Positions 41,807-51,981 of a stretch of 64,000 nt of DNA are shown piece after piece. Numbering within the stretch: the first letter of the stretch is position 1; the number at the start of each line of letters is the position of its first letter. The DNA lies in sequence record NC_054914.1; one strand, given 5' to 3'. The translations under genes and the position numbers were made by a program. Below the pieces are notes generated by a model, which saw only the letters and a list, made by a program, of their open reading frames with translations, made no database searches and was not told where the DNA came from. The stretch is from Escherichia phage vB_EcoM-fFiEco06.

Positions 41807-44071
41807 TCATAATTTACAGGATGAACAATCTTCAGCTTTTGGAGTTTCTATTTCATAATCATCAGTACCAGAACCATCGCGGGTATTATGATAATAGAAA
41901 TTTTTTCCGCCAAAATACCAAAAATACAAAAGGTCATCAATCATTATTGACATTGGAACCTTGCCTTTAGGGAAGATTTGGGGGTCATAGTATGTATTCG
42001 CCGAAGCTGATTGACAAACCCATTTCAGCATAATAGCTACCTGCGTAAGATAAGGTTTATTACCTTTCTTAGCTAATTTCCATGTATAGTCGTAAAGGTC
42101 TATGTTATGCTCAATATTGGGCACGACTTGATTAAAGGAACCCTCTTTTGATTCTTTAACAGAGACTGGTCCACGTGGAGGCTCGATACCGTTTGTACTG
42201 TTAGAAACTTGGGAAGATGACTCACATGGCATAAGTGCTGATAATGTGCTATTACGGATGCCAAAGAGCTTAAGGTCTTCCCGCAGCGCCGACCAGTCAC
42301 AAACGTATTTTGGAGCTGCGATTTGGTCAATCTTTTTATTGTACCAGTCGATAGGTAATTCGCCTCGAGACCAACGAGTGTCTGAATAATATTCGCAAGG
42401 TCCTTTTTCTTTGGCGAGCTTAATGGATGCTTTAATGAGTCCATACTGTAATCTCTCAAATAGTTCATGTGTTAAATCATTAGCATCTTCATAAGAAGCA
42501 AAGTTACTTGCCAGCCAAGCTGCATAGTTGGTAACACCTACACCGAGGTTACGACGCTTTTTAGCTTTTTCTGCTTCAGGAACTGGATATCCTTGGTAAT
42601 CCAACAGATTATCAAGAGCACGAACTTGAACTTCTGCCAATTCATTAATTTTATCTTGGTCTTGCCAGTCAAAATTATCTAGTACGAATGCAGAGAGAGT
42701 ACACAATCCAATTTCAGCATCAGGACTATTCACATCATTTGTTGGAATAGCAATTTCACAGCACAAGTTACTCTGACGAATAGGTGCCTTTTCACGAATA
42801 AACGGAGTATAGTTATTCGTATTATCAATGAACTGTACATAAATTCTTGCTGTTCCTGAGCGTTCAGTCATGAGCAATTCAAATAGTTCACGGGCTTTAA
42901 TACGCTTTTTACGAATATTAGGGTCTTTTTCTGCTGCTTCGTATAATTCACGGAAACGGTCTTGGTCTTTAAAATAAGAATAATAAAGCTCTCCGCCCAT
43001 TTCATGGGGACTGAACAAAGTAATGTAATCGTTCTTTCCAAAACGTTCCATCATCAAATCATTCAGTTGAACACCATAATCCATATGACGAATGCGGTTT
43101 TCTTCTACGCCTTTGTTATTTTTCAAAACAAGAAGATTTTCAACTTCCAAATGCCAAATAGGATAATAAGCAGTAGCAGCGCCGCCACGAATTCCACCCT
43201 GTGAGCATGATTTAACAGCAGTCTGAAAATGTTTCCAAAAAGGAATAACACCAGTATGGCGTACTTCACCCATGCCAATCTTAGAACCTTCAGCACGAAT
43301 CATACCAACGTTAATACCAATTCCAGCGCGTTTAGAGATATATTCAACAATTGAAGCAGAAGCCTTATTGATAGACTTCAGTGAATCGCCTGCCTCAATA
43401 ACAACGCATGAACTAAACTGCCGAGTTGGAGTACGGCAACCAGCCATAATAGGAGTTGGTAATGAAATCTGTCGAGTAGATACCGCTTCATAAAAACGGA
43501 TAACATGTTTTAATCTATCAACAGGTTCATCTTGATGCAAGGCCATTCCAATAGTCATAAATGCAAACTGTGGAGTTTCATAAATTTGACCAGTGGTTTT
43601 ATCTTTAACTAGATATTTTTCTTTTAATTGCATCGCCCCGGAATAAGTAAATTCCATATCCCGTTCGTGCTTAATTTTTGATTCTAAAAATGTAATTTCT
43701 TCTGCTGAATATTTTGACAACAGTTCAGGGTCGTATTTACCTTCATTTACACAGTAAGAAATATGGTCAATAAATGAACGCGGTTCATACTGCCCATAAA
43801 CATGCTTACGAAGAGCGAACATTAGACAACGTGCAGCTACATATTGATAATCAGGCTCTTCGACCGAAATAGAATTCGCAGCGGCCTTAATGACAATAGT
43901 CTGAATATCATCAGTTGTCATTCCATCACGGAGATAAGATTTAATATTTTCATATAATTCATAAGGATCTACTGATGTTCCCTCAGATGCCCAAGATAAA
44001 ACTTTAATAATTTTTTGCGGGTCAAAGCTCTGAGAAACACCACTACTTTTGATAACATTAATTAATTGCAT
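41807..44071 (-). CDS. nrdA: ribonucleotide reductase large subunit NrdA (754 aa)
   Basis: Length matches T4 NrdA; class I RNR large subunit. Confidence 0.93.
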   Translation of the reverse strand: MQLINVIKSSGVSQSFDPQKIIKVLSWASEGTSVDPYELYENIKSYLRDGMTTDDIQTIVIKAAANSISVEEPDYQYVAARCLMFALRKHVYGQYEPRSFIDHISYCVNEGKYDPELLSKYSAEEITFLESKIKHERDMEFTYSGAMQLKEKYLVKDKTTGQIYETPQFAFMTIGMALHQDEPVDRLKHVIRFYEAVSTRQISLPTPIMAGCRTPTRQFSSCVVIEAGDSLKSINKASASIVEYISKRAGIGINVGMIRAEGSKIGMGEVRHTGVIPFWKHFQTAVKSCSQGGIRGGAATAYYPIWHLEVENLLVLKNNKGVEENRIRHMDYGVQLNDLMMERFGKNDYITLFSPHEMGGELYYSYFKDQDRFRELYEAAEKDPNIRKKRIKARELFELLMTERSGTARIYVQFIDNTNNYTPFIREKAPIRQSNLCCEIAIPTNDVNSPDAEIGLCTLSAFVLDNFDWQDQDKINELAEVQVRALDNLLDYQGYPVPEAEKAKKRRNLGVGVTNYAAWLASNFASYEDANDLTHELFERLQYGLIKASIKLAKEKGPCEYYSDTRWSRGELPIDWYNKKIDQIAAPKYVCDWSALREDLKLFGIRNSTLSALMPCESSSQVSNSTNGIEPPRGPVSVKESKEGSFNQVVPNIEHNIDLYDYTWKLAKKGNKPYLTQVAIMLKWVCQSASANTYYDPQIFPKGKVPMSIMIDDLLYFWYFGGKNFYYHNTRDGSGTDDYEIETPKAEDCSSCKL

Positions 44072-44388
44072 AAGTCCTCAACTTGAAAATCGTCTTTAAA
44101 CAGTCGGTTAACTATATGAGCTATTATATCACCATGACACGGCTTTGGTTTACATGTGCATCCTAGCCTCATTCCACGTAAAGGCTCTAAATGTGCTTTA
44201 GTTATTTCTCCGGATTTAATTCGACGTATAAAATCTTTTTTGAATAATTCAATGGCAGCCTCCCGGCTGCCAGCATCTTTACCGACGTAATTTCCCCAAA
44301 ATGTACCACGGTGAATATTCACATCAAAGTCGGATTTGTATTTATTCACTACCCGACATAGACGGCCCGCGCGGTGATAATTCGGCAT
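44062..44388 (-). CDS. hypothetical protein, 108 aa (nrdA.1 position)
   Basis: ORF overlapping nrdA start. Confidence 0.5.
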   Translation of the reverse strand: MPNYHRAGRLCRVVNKYKSDFDVNIHRGTFWGNYVGKDAGSREAAIELFKKDFIRRIKSGEITKAHLEPLRGMRLGCTCKPKPCHGDIIAHIVNRLFKDDFQVEDLCN

Positions 44389-44605
44389 ATTGTTTTTCCG
44401 TTAAAACAGTAATATCGTAGTAACAGTCAGAAGAAGTTTTAACTGTGGAAATTTTATTATCAAAATACTCACGAGTCATTTTATGAGTATAATATTTTTT
44501 GCCATAAATGATAATAGGCTGATTTGGTCCTGGAACTTCTAACTCACTTGGGTTAGGAAGTGTAAAAAGAACTACACCAGAAGTATCTTTAAATCGTAAA
44601 ATCAT
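44342..44605 (-). CDS. hypothetical protein, 87 aa (nrdA.2 position)
   Basis: ORF in array. Confidence 0.5.
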   Translation of the reverse strand: MILRFKDTSGVVLFTLPNPSELEVPGPNQPIIIYGKKYYTHKMTREYFDNKISTVKTSSDCYYDITVLTEKQYAELSPRGPSMSGSE

Positions 44606-44628
44606 AAATCCTCACAATTAAATTAAAA

Positions 44629-44940
44629 TTACACCGCCATTTTTCCTTTCAAGACGCCGTGGGACTGATAATCTTTGAGAACGAAATCTTTAGGCCTGAG
44701 TTTAAGAATGTATTCCAATTGTTCTTTAGTAGAAAGATAGCGGAATTTATAAGGCAATCCGCCTATTACCAGTTCACAAAGCTCTTTAGGTTCACGACGC
44801 AAAATTTCTTTACATTGTTCTACGTGATTCATATAGATATGAGTATTACCACCGGAAAATATCAAATCTCCCGGAATAAGATTACACATCTTAGCTACAA
44901 TATGAACTAACGTAGCATATGATGCAATATTAAATGGAAG
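44629..44940 (-). CDS. td: thymidylate synthase exon 2 (103 codons, begins LPFNIASYA...)
   Basis: TS C-terminal sequence; exon junction deduced from reading frame. Confidence 0.92.
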   Translation of the reverse strand, partial: LPFNIASYATLVHIVAKMCNLIPGDLIFSGGNTHIYMNHVEQCKEILRREPKELCELVIGGLPYKFRYLSTKEQLEYILKLRPKDFVLKDYQSHGVLKGKMAV

Positions 44941-45956
44941 CATTATGTTCAGATAAGGTCGTTAATCTTACCCCGGAATTATATCCAGCTGCATGTCACC
45001 ATGCAGATCAGACTATATCTCCAACTTGTTAAAGCAAGTTGTCTATCGTTTCGAGTCACTTGACCCTACTCCCCAAAGGGATAGTCGTTAGGCATTTATG
45101 TAGAACCAATTCCATTTATCAGATTTTACACGATAAGTAACTAATCCAGACGAAATTTTAAAATGTCTAGCTGCATCTGCTGCACAATCAAAAATAACCC
45201 CATCACATGAAATCTTTTTAATATTACTAGGCTTTTTACCTTTCATCTTTTCTGATATTTTAGATTTAGTTATGTCTGAATGCTTATGATTAAAGAATGA
45301 ATTATTTTCACCTGAACGATTTCTGCATTTACTACAAGTATAAGCAGAAGTTTGTATGCGAACACCGCACTTACAAAACTTATGGGTTTCTGGATTCAAA
45401 CGCCCGTTTTTACTTCCGGGTTTACTGTAAAGAGCTTTCCGACCATCAGGTCCAAGTTTAAGCATCTTAGCTTTAACAGTTTCAGAACGTTTCTTAATAA
45501 TTTCTTCTTTTAATGGATGCGTAGAACATGTATCACCAAACGTTGCATCAGCAATATTGTATCCATTAATTTTAGAATTAAGCTCTTTAATCCAAAAATT
45601 TTCTCGTTCAATAATCAAATCTTTCTCATATGGAATTTCTTCCAAAATAGAACATTCAAACACATTACCATGTTTGTTAAAAGACCTCTGAAGCTTTATA
45701 GAAGAATGGCATCCTTTTTCTAAATCTTTAAAATGCCTCTTCCATCTCTTTTCAAAATCTTTAGCACTTCCTACATATACTTTATTGTTTAAAGTATTTT
45801 TAATCTGATAAATTCCGCTTTTCATAAATACCTCTTTAAATATAGAAGTATTTATTAAAGGGCAGTCCTACAATTTAGCACGGGATTGTCTACTAGAGAG
45901 GTTCCCCGTTTAGATAGATTACAAGTATAAGTCACCTTATACTCAGGCCTCAATTA
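44941..45956 (-). mobile_element. td group I self-splicing intron (1016 nt) carrying I-TevI
   Basis: Intron 5' sequence TAATTGAGGCCTGAGTATAAGGTGACTTATACTTGTAATC... recognised; length equals T4 td intron. Confidence 0.92.
45088..45825 (-). CDS. I-TevI: GIY-YIG homing endonuclease I-TevI (245 aa), intron-encoded
   Basis: N-terminus MKSGIYQIKNTLNNKVYVGSAKDFEKRWKRH (GIY...YVG) and zinc finger; length matches. Confidence 0.93.
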   Translation of the reverse strand: MKSGIYQIKNTLNNKVYVGSAKDFEKRWKRHFKDLEKGCHSSIKLQRSFNKHGNVFECSILEEIPYEKDLIIERENFWIKELNSKINGYNIADATFGDTCSTHPLKEEIIKKRSETVKAKMLKLGPDGRKALYSKPGSKNGRLNPETHKFCKCGVRIQTSAYTCSKCRNRSGENNSFFNHKHSDITKSKISEKMKGKKPSNIKKISCDGVIFDCAADAARHFKISSGLVTYRVKSDKWNWFYINA

Positions 45957-46504
45957 ACCCAAGAAAACATCTACTGATCGTTGATACCACTGCAAATCCA
46001 AATAGCCATTACGCACATTAAACTGATAGAACATATGACAAGGCGGTAATGCCATCTGCTTGAGTTCAGCTGGATTCCATGCTGAAACAATTTGACGCCT
46101 ATCATTTGGCAATTTTTTAATACGATCAATAACTTCTATAATTTGGTCTACACCACCAAAATCACGCCACTGTTTTCCATAAATTGGACCAAGTTCACCG
46201 CTATGGTATCCTAAATCTTTTGCTTGATTTTCGTAATTTTCATCCCAAACTGTTTTGCCTTGGATTAACGAATCATGTTGAATTAATCGCAAATCATTGA
46301 CATTTGTGCTTCCCGATAAAAACCAAAGCAGCTCAGCAATGCAAGCTTTCCAGGCGAGCTTCTTAGTTGTTACTGCAGGAAAACCTTTAGTTAAATCCCA
46401 GCGTAATTTAGTACCGAACAAAGCAATTGTTCCTGTGCCTGTTCGGTCATCGGTTTCGTAGCCATTTTCCAGGATATCTTTAATTAAAAATTGGTATTGT
46501 TTCA

Positions 46505-46505
<1 letters not shown>
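45957..46505 (-). CDS. td: thymidylate synthase exon 1 (183 codons, MKQYQ...VDVFLG)
   Basis: TS N-terminal sequence; exons 1+2 give 286 aa as in T4. Confidence 0.92.
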
Positions 46506-47534
<1,029 letters not shown>

Positions 47535-47544
47535 ATTATTTTCC

Positions 47545-47787
47545 TTAAACAGACTTTTTCACAATTTTCCAATCAGCTTTAAACTGCTCGACGTCAGAAT
47601 GGTAAATCCAGAATCCTGCGCTTTCACCGTCTTCATAAAGCGGACACCCATCACATTCATCTTCCCATCCCATGCCACGTAAAAGGTGTTCAGCTTTTTC
47701 AACAAGTTCAGAATCTTTACCGATGATATTAAAATACCATTTACCTCTAACTTCTGAATCTTTGATGCTCTGGCGTTGTAATCTCAT
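47545..47787 (-). CDS. hypothetical protein, 80 aa
   Basis: ORF in array. Confidence 0.5.
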   Translation of the reverse strand: MRLQRQSIKDSEVRGKWYFNIIGKDSELVEKAEHLLRGMGWEDECDGCPLYEDGESAGFWIYHSDVEQFKADWKIVKKSV

Positions 47788-47925
47788 TTTATTCTCCTTA
47801 GCAAGCTTTAATCAAAAGATATAAACAGACCAACATAACTGCTGCCATAATATAAGGTGCGAACATTTTCTTTTCTCCATTAGTTTTGATAGGGTAATAG
47901 TATCACACTACTACCCTTCTGTAAA

Positions 47926-48291
47926 CTACTTTTTGAAAGTTTTTCGCAAAAGTTCAATGATTTCATCTACATTGTTTTCGTCAACAATGCAGTGAATTTT
48001 TGTTACGCCAGAAACTTTGTCTTTGACTTCATCTTCTTCAGAAGTCGGTTCTTTATACTCACGAAAACAATGAAATTCGTCTTCACAAACGTTAAAGTAA
48101 AAATGCTTTCCATTTGCGCATTCAATGTGTTTTATTACTCTAAATCCATCAACAAAGAAAGCTTCTTTAACTTCAAACCATCCGCCATTTTCTTGAATAA
48201 TTTTAACTATTGCTGAATTAGAACGTGGGCGATAATTAATAAATGTATCAATAAGTCTTGGAACAAGTTCATACTTTTTACCGATATACAT
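47926..48291 (-). CDS. hypothetical protein, 121 aa
   Basis: ORF with GAGG RBS after hairpin. Confidence 0.5.
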   Translation of the reverse strand: MYIGKKYELVPRLIDTFINYRPRSNSAIVKIIQENGGWFEVKEAFFVDGFRVIKHIECANGKHFYFNVCEDEFHCFREYKEPTSEEDEVKDKVSGVTKIHCIVDENNVDEIIELLRKTFKK

Positions 48292-48312
48292 TATGTTTTC
48301 CTCATTTTAACG

Positions 48313-48329
48313 GGGCTGTAATAGCCCCT
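48313..48329 (-). terminator. GGGGCT-(5 nt)-AGCCCC hairpin between early ORFs
   Basis: 6-bp stem read directly. Confidence 0.4.
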
Positions 48330-48335
48330 TGATAA

Positions 48336-48563
48336 TTATTGTTCAATCAATCCCATGTAAAATTCTGCGTCTTCAGAATCCATACCATCACAATATTCAT
48401 TAGCCATAAAGCGGGTGAGGTCTTCAAGAGGACCTTCAATAACGATTTGAATACTCCAAAACTTAGAATCTTGCACGCTTGTGATACTAAGTTCAGGATA
48501 ACGATTACGAATAATTTCTTCGATATATTCAAAATCAACGATGTCAATATCAACTTTAGCCAT
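48336..48563 (-). CDS. hypothetical acidic protein, 75 aa (start ATG 48563 with GAGGA RBS rather than the upstream in-frame ATG)
   Basis: Strong RBS TTAAAGAGGAAAATAAT-ATG. Confidence 0.5.
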   Translation of the reverse strand: MAKVDIDIVDFEYIEEIIRNRYPELSITSVQDSKFWSIQIVIEGPLEDLTRFMANEYCDGMDSEDAEFYMGLIEQ

Positions 48564-48666
48564 ATTATTTTCCTCTTTAATCATCAGCAGTATTGCCGAT
48601 AGTTGTATAGTACCATGGAAGGACAAGGATGTAAACCGTTTTGTGAAAAAATTTTTGAAATAAAAA

Positions 48667-48685
48667 GGGGACCTCTAGGGTCCCC
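48667..48685 (-). terminator. GGGGACC-(5 nt)-GGTCCCC hairpin + U-tract downstream of gene 32
   Basis: 7-bp stem followed by TTTTTA on minus strand. Confidence 0.75.
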
Positions 48686-48707
48686 AATTAATTAGTAATA
48701 TAATCTA

Positions 48708-49616
48708 TTAAAGGTCATTCAAAAGGTCATCTAGGTCCGTGTCATCAGCACTAGATGAACTGCCAGAGCTTGAGCTCATAAAATCATCTTCAGTTTTTGT
48801 ATTGAAGTCATCAACATTGAATGCATCCAAATCATCAGCAACTTTATCAGCTTTCTTAGCAGCAGTTGCAGCAGCACCGCCCATCACAGCAGTTCCCATA
48901 ACTTGACCGAATTTAGTGCTCAGTTCTTCAAACGATTTGAATTTATCTTTAGAAGTCATTTCAGAAAGGTCAACCATTTGTTCGAACAGTTCTTTCTGGA
49001 AAGATTCATCGTCAATGTTTGGAATCGCAGATTGATTCAGGAATTTAGATTCGTCGTAGTTACTAAATCCAGAAACCTGTTTAACTTTCAGTACAAAGTT
49101 AGCACCTTCCCACGGACAAGTTACATCAACCGGAGTTTCACCCATTTCAACATCAACCGCAATCATCGCGTTGATTTTATCCCAGATTTTCTTACCGAAA
49201 CGATATTTAAATACTTTACCTTCATTTTCTGGAGCAGCTGGGTCTTTTACAACAAGAATATTAGCCCAGTAAGAAGTTTTACGTTTAACAAGACTGTACT
49301 CTTTATTGTCAGTGTTGTACAGATCATTTTTACTGATGTACTGACATACTGGACAAGAATCGTAATCACCGTGGGTAGATGAACAGTTTTCAATATACCA
49401 TTTACCATTTTTCTTGAAACCGTGATTTACAAGAATTGCGAACGGTGCTTGTTCATCATTTTTAGACGGAAGAAAACGAATTACTGCTTGACCGTTACCC
49501 GCATTGTCGAGTTTCAGTTTCCACTCGCCTTTATCTTCAGAAGAAAAACCACCTTTATTTCCAGCCAGTTTAGCCATTTGTGCAGCGAGTTCAGCAGTAG
49601 ATTTACGTTTAAACAT
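48708..49616 (-). CDS. 32: single-stranded DNA-binding protein gp32
   Basis: Sequence recognisable as T4 gp32 ([17 protein letters not shown]...; acidic Ser-rich C-terminus). Confidence 0.95.
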   Translation of the reverse strand: MFKRKSTAELAAQMAKLAGNKGGFSSEDKGEWKLKLDNAGNGQAVIRFLPSKNDEQAPFAILVNHGFKKNGKWYIENCSSTHGDYDSCPVCQYISKNDLYNTDNKEYSLVKRKTSYWANILVVKDPAAPENEGKVFKYRFGKKIWDKINAMIAVDVEMGETPVDVTCPWEGANFVLKVKQVSGFSNYDESKFLNQSAIPNIDDESFQKELFEQMVDLSEMTSKDKFKSFEELSTKFGQVMGTAVMGGAAATAAKKADKVADDLDAFNVDDFNTKTEDDFMSSSSGSSSSADDTDLDDLLNDL

Positions 49617-49682
49617 TTTTATTTCCTTTTTAATTTAATTAACAGTTGGTGCTATGACGATGTATGACCTCATAGCTGGTCA
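49617..49682 (-). promoter_or_regulatory. gene 32 autoregulatory translational operator: A/U-rich leader (UUAAUUAAAUUAAAAAGGAAAUAAAAAUG) preceded by an RNA pseudoknot
   Basis: Minus-strand leader read directly; pseudoknot stems UGACC/GGUCA and GCUAUGA/UCAUAGC. Confidence 0.75.
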
Positions 49683-49699
49683 GTGAGATAATTATAATC

Positions 49700-49707
49700 T
49701 ATTTATA
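49700..49707 (-). promoter_or_regulatory. late promoter TATAAATA (minus strand) upstream of gene 32 leader
   Basis: Exact TATTTATA on plus strand. Confidence 0.55.
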
Positions 49708-49715
49708 ATAAGCAA

Positions 49716-50369
49716 TTAATACTTGCAAGATTTCACAGTTTCAATGAAAACATTTTTAGCTTTCTGTGAATCAATATTTAAAATTTTTCTATAAGCCTTT
49801 AACTTTATAGAATAATTATTCCAGACTAAATTATCAGTCTGTTCATCATGTTTATCAATTATATTTAAAAACGAATCAAGCAAGATAAACGTTTCAAACG
49901 AAATTATATTCGATTGAAGTAGTTTAAAAATATAACTTGATTGAACTTTTGGATTATACTCAAAGATTTCTTTAAAAGCAGAAACTTCAACTTTCTTACT
50001 AAAATAATAAATGTTGCGAATATCTTCTTCAAACTTAAATTTAATTTGCTTTAAGCGTCCGATATATTCACGATAAAACACAAGTGCATCAGCGTCAGAG
50101 ATGTCGCCAATCCAAGCATCCTGGTTAGCAACAAGATTGCTTATAAAGATTAAAGCAAGTTCCTTTAATTTATATTTTTCTGATAACTTCTGGAAAAAAT
50201 ACTTATCCCTTCGCTTTTGATAAGCGGCATCAGACACCCGCATGCACCAATTATACTTAATAACATCATACTTTCCATTCATATGTTGTTTTATCATTAA
50301 GTATAATTTATAAACTGATTTACCATCAATGTATCTTTCACCACCAGCAGGCATGCGGAGTTTAATCAT
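49716..50369 (-). CDS. 59: helicase loader gp59 (217 aa)
   Basis: Sequence recognisable as T4 gp59 (MIKLRMPAGGERYIDGKSVYKLY...). Confidence 0.92.
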   Translation of the reverse strand: MIKLRMPAGGERYIDGKSVYKLYLMIKQHMNGKYDVIKYNWCMRVSDAAYQKRRDKYFFQKLSEKYKLKELALIFISNLVANQDAWIGDISDADALVFYREYIGRLKQIKFKFEEDIRNIYYFSKKVEVSAFKEIFEYNPKVQSSYIFKLLQSNIISFETFILLDSFLNIIDKHDEQTDNLVWNNYSIKLKAYRKILNIDSQKAKNVFIETVKSCKY

Positions 50370-50704
50370 AGTAGAAAATCTAATGTATTAGTTTTTTCAC
50401 AACGAACAACAGAAGGACGTAAAAGATTTTCGTCAATGGCTTCTGACTGAATTTTTTCAATTATACCCGAAGGAATAAATTTAGCAAATTGAGTTTCAGG
50501 AATAGAGTTTTCTTCTAAGAATGCTGTTGTAGCTTCAAGATAACTCATTCCAAACTCTTCTACCATTTTTTCAATAATAAATCCATTTTCTTGACGATCA
50601 AGAAGCTTTGCTATTTCATCCTTTTCTTTCTTGATTGAAAGTTCTTTTTCTGAAAGACCGGTCTCATCGACCGGACGAATGTCATTTAGAGAAAACTGTG
50701 TCAT
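50366..50704 (-). CDS. 33: late transcription co-activator gp33 (112 aa; start ATG 50704)
   Basis: N-terminus MTQFSLNDIRPVDE...; length matches T4 gp33. Confidence 0.85.
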   Translation of the reverse strand: MTQFSLNDIRPVDETGLSEKELSIKKEKDEIAKLLDRQENGFIIEKMVEEFGMSYLEATTAFLEENSIPETQFAKFIPSGIIEKIQSEAIDENLLRPSVVRCEKTNTLDFLL

Positions 50705-50951
50705 AAAGTTCAACTACCTCTTCAGTTTCAGCTTCAAACACATCACGGTTATCTTTATGATACAAAGCTAATAGACGATTAAACATCTTACCATCAACGC
50801 CAAGTTCATCTTTGGCACGAATTCGAATATCTTTAATCAGTTCATTATAACCGGAAATTTTCAGTTTATGATCAGATGCTTCTTTAATAAATTTAGCCAA
50901 GTCTTCGCCATGGATAGCTTCATCAAATTCAACCATTTCTTTTTTAGCCAT
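50682..50951 (-). CDS. dsbA: dsDNA-binding protein DsbA (89 aa)
   Basis: Size/position; overlaps gene 33 start. Confidence 0.75.
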   Translation of the reverse strand: MAKKEMVEFDEAIHGEDLAKFIKEASDHKLKISGYNELIKDIRIRAKDELGVDGKMFNRLLALYHKDNRDVFEAETEEVVELYDTVFSK

Positions 50952-50959
50952 TATTCACC

Positions 50960-51877
50960 TCAAAATTCATTAATGCTATTAGTTAATTTAGAAAGACCCG
51001 CTTTTACAAAATATGAATAAATTTTGCCACGCGGTGGTAATTTATATGAATTATAGTAATTCACAATGTTTGAAGCAATATTATCAGGAATATAATCAAA
51101 ATCAATTAGAACTAAATTTTCTTTATAACGATTATACTCAGATTCTGAGAGAAGCACCTTAGCTTGCTCACGGTCATTAGCAATAGCTTCAACGATTGAA
51201 GTTTTCATTGAAGGAGTTCGTTCACCTTCAACTCTGGTAAACCAAAAGTCAGATCGTACTTTAACTGAAGCAACGTTATCCTTTTTGTCGCCTTTAAGGA
51301 TTTTAGTCATACAGTCAATTTCAGCAGAACCGCTTTTAATTTTAACCCATTTCTTATGCATCGGTGACCATTGCTTAACATTTGGATATTTGTGAAGCTG
51401 TGTAAAGTCACCATCCGACGAAATGATTAAAATCTTGTGTCCTTCTAAAGAGAACTTTTTAACAAGAACAGCAATATGGTCATCTGCTTCATACTTATCA
51501 ATATCCATAACAATGTATGGCATATAAGCTTTCAATTCATCTATAACTTTATGGCTGGATTCAAAATAACCTTCCCAGTCCCAAGTAGATTCTTCTCGTG
51601 CTTTTCCACGGTTTTTCTTATAATAATAAGCAAAATCACGACGCCAGTATCCAGATTTCGCGTTATCAATACACAGCACAATTTTAGTGTATCCAAGCGT
51701 TTTTGCTTTTTTGACATTAAACTTAATTGAGTTCAATATCAAATGACGAACCATTGATAAATTAATTTTTTCTTTATCTGGGAAGTTTACCAGAGCAGTT
51801 GAAAGAGCAATTTGACTAAAGTCAATAAAGCAAATTCCTTCTTTGTAATCTTCATCCAGCATCATTTCTAAATCCAT
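50960..51877 (-). CDS. rnh: RNase H / 5'-3' exonuclease (305 aa; start ATG 51877 with GAGG RBS)
   Basis: N-terminus MDLEMMLDEDYKEGI...; FEN-family acidic residues. Confidence 0.9.
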   Translation of the reverse strand: MDLEMMLDEDYKEGICFIDFSQIALSTALVNFPDKEKINLSMVRHLILNSIKFNVKKAKTLGYTKIVLCIDNAKSGYWRRDFAYYYKKNRGKAREESTWDWEGYFESSHKVIDELKAYMPYIVMDIDKYEADDHIAVLVKKFSLEGHKILIISSDGDFTQLHKYPNVKQWSPMHKKWVKIKSGSAEIDCMTKILKGDKKDNVASVKVRSDFWFTRVEGERTPSMKTSIVEAIANDREQAKVLLSESEYNRYKENLVLIDFDYIPDNIASNIVNYYNSYKLPPRGKIYSYFVKAGLSKLTNSINEF

Positions 51878-51939
51878 ATGAACCTCGTTCAATTAGTGAG
51901 ATTTCTATTATATACTATCTAAATCTTAAAGTAAACAGG

Positions 51940-51947
51940 TATAAATA
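51940..51947 (+). promoter_or_regulatory. late promoter TATAAATA for gene 34
   Basis: Exact match ~35 nt upstream of ATG 51982. Confidence 0.65.
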
Positions 51948-51981
51948 CTTATTATTGAAAACACAATAGGAGCCCGGGAGA

